A stretch of 64,000 bases of DNA from Saccostrea echinata (Eukaryota). A program made the position numbers and the translations under genes. The notes under the pieces are model-generated. The model saw nothing but the letters and a program-made list of their open reading frames with translations, was not told the DNA's origin and did not search any database. This document shows, piece by piece, positions 63,421 through 64,000 of the stretch; position 1 is the stretch's first letter, and every line of letters begins with the position of its first letter. Location: positions 12,152,001-12,216,000 of the forward strand of contig NW_026889754.1 of the NCBI RefSeq assembly GCF_033153115.1, in the 5' to 3' direction.

Positions 63421-64000
63421 CATTCTTTGGGTTGTTGCGCAGTACTCCTTCAGCATCAATGAAAAACATCTCTTTATTAACCCAGTATTTCTTTGCTGCC
63501 TTGCTGCCTGTAAAGATGTCATTCTCAGAAGGGACTTTATTTGACACCAGATAGGGCAGTATCAATCCAAGATCCGAATCCTTTTTCTGGAACTCTTTCA
63601 TTTCTTCAGGTGAATATTCGATGCCCGCAAACCCACTAGTACGGGAAGCTGTGCATATTTGATTACACTGTTGTTCCTCCACACTAATGAGAATGGATAT
63701 ATCTGAGTCCGCAAAGGAAATTTCCAACGATGTATGATGCAAGTCTGAGCTTGACTCCTGAAAAACCAATTCCTTGTCATTGGATTCCTTCTCGTTAAAC
63801 AACCAGGATAAAGCTGCATGCACTTCAGTTGCTTCCACTGTTTTACCCAGAGGAACTACATCATCCACATCTTCAGTGAATTTTGCCCAGTTCTTATGTG
63901 CTCTGGTACAATACTTGCATCCTCCACAAGGAAGTTGGGTTGGGTCTACCGTCACCTTCCTTTCTGGACAAGGCCTCACACCAGGTGCTCGGAAAAGTGC

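Larger units (their letters stand above)
59758..64000 (-). mobile_element. Gypsy-B LTR retrotransposon, 3' half: linker-IN-PHD, ORF3 (Zn finger plus MBL-fold domain), PPT, 3' LTR
   Basis: Integrase HHCC/DDE/WKGP homologous to Gypsy-A; PPT AAAAGGGAAGGGAG (60121-60134) directly followed by TGTAGTG. Confidence 0.9.

Overview
Eukaryotic, AT-rich, almost entirely transposon-derived DNA, most likely from an oyster (Ostreidae). That assignment is inferred from a Cg170/HindIII-like 166-bp satellite carried inside Helentron-type elements. I found no intact host gene, rRNA or CRISPR array. The window is a nested TE graveyard: two related Ty3/Gypsy LTR retrotransposons (12135-20884, complete; 59758-64000, truncated by the window end), 5'-truncated Penelope-like RT copies, a tRNA-headed SINE family, at least seven Helentron-associated non-autonomous elements with different tandem-repeat cargo, MULE, pogo, EnSpm, Harbinger/ISL2EU and Kolobok-like transposase remnants, several MITEs with visible TIRs/TSDs, Polinton/adintovirus-like relics (packaging ATPase, PC4-like gene) and a spliced HECT E3-ligase pseudogene. 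The best candidate for new biology is the enzyme-fold cargo of the two Gypsy elements. One has an uninterrupted SGNH-hydrolase ORF between the PBS and gag. The other has, after a PHD-tailed integrase and a splice acceptor (the env position), an ORF3 ending in an intronless MBLAC1-like metallo-beta-lactamase domain in which four metal-binding His residues are replaced, suggesting a pseudo-nuclease or decoy. All family assignments come from motif recognition by eye; no searches were run.
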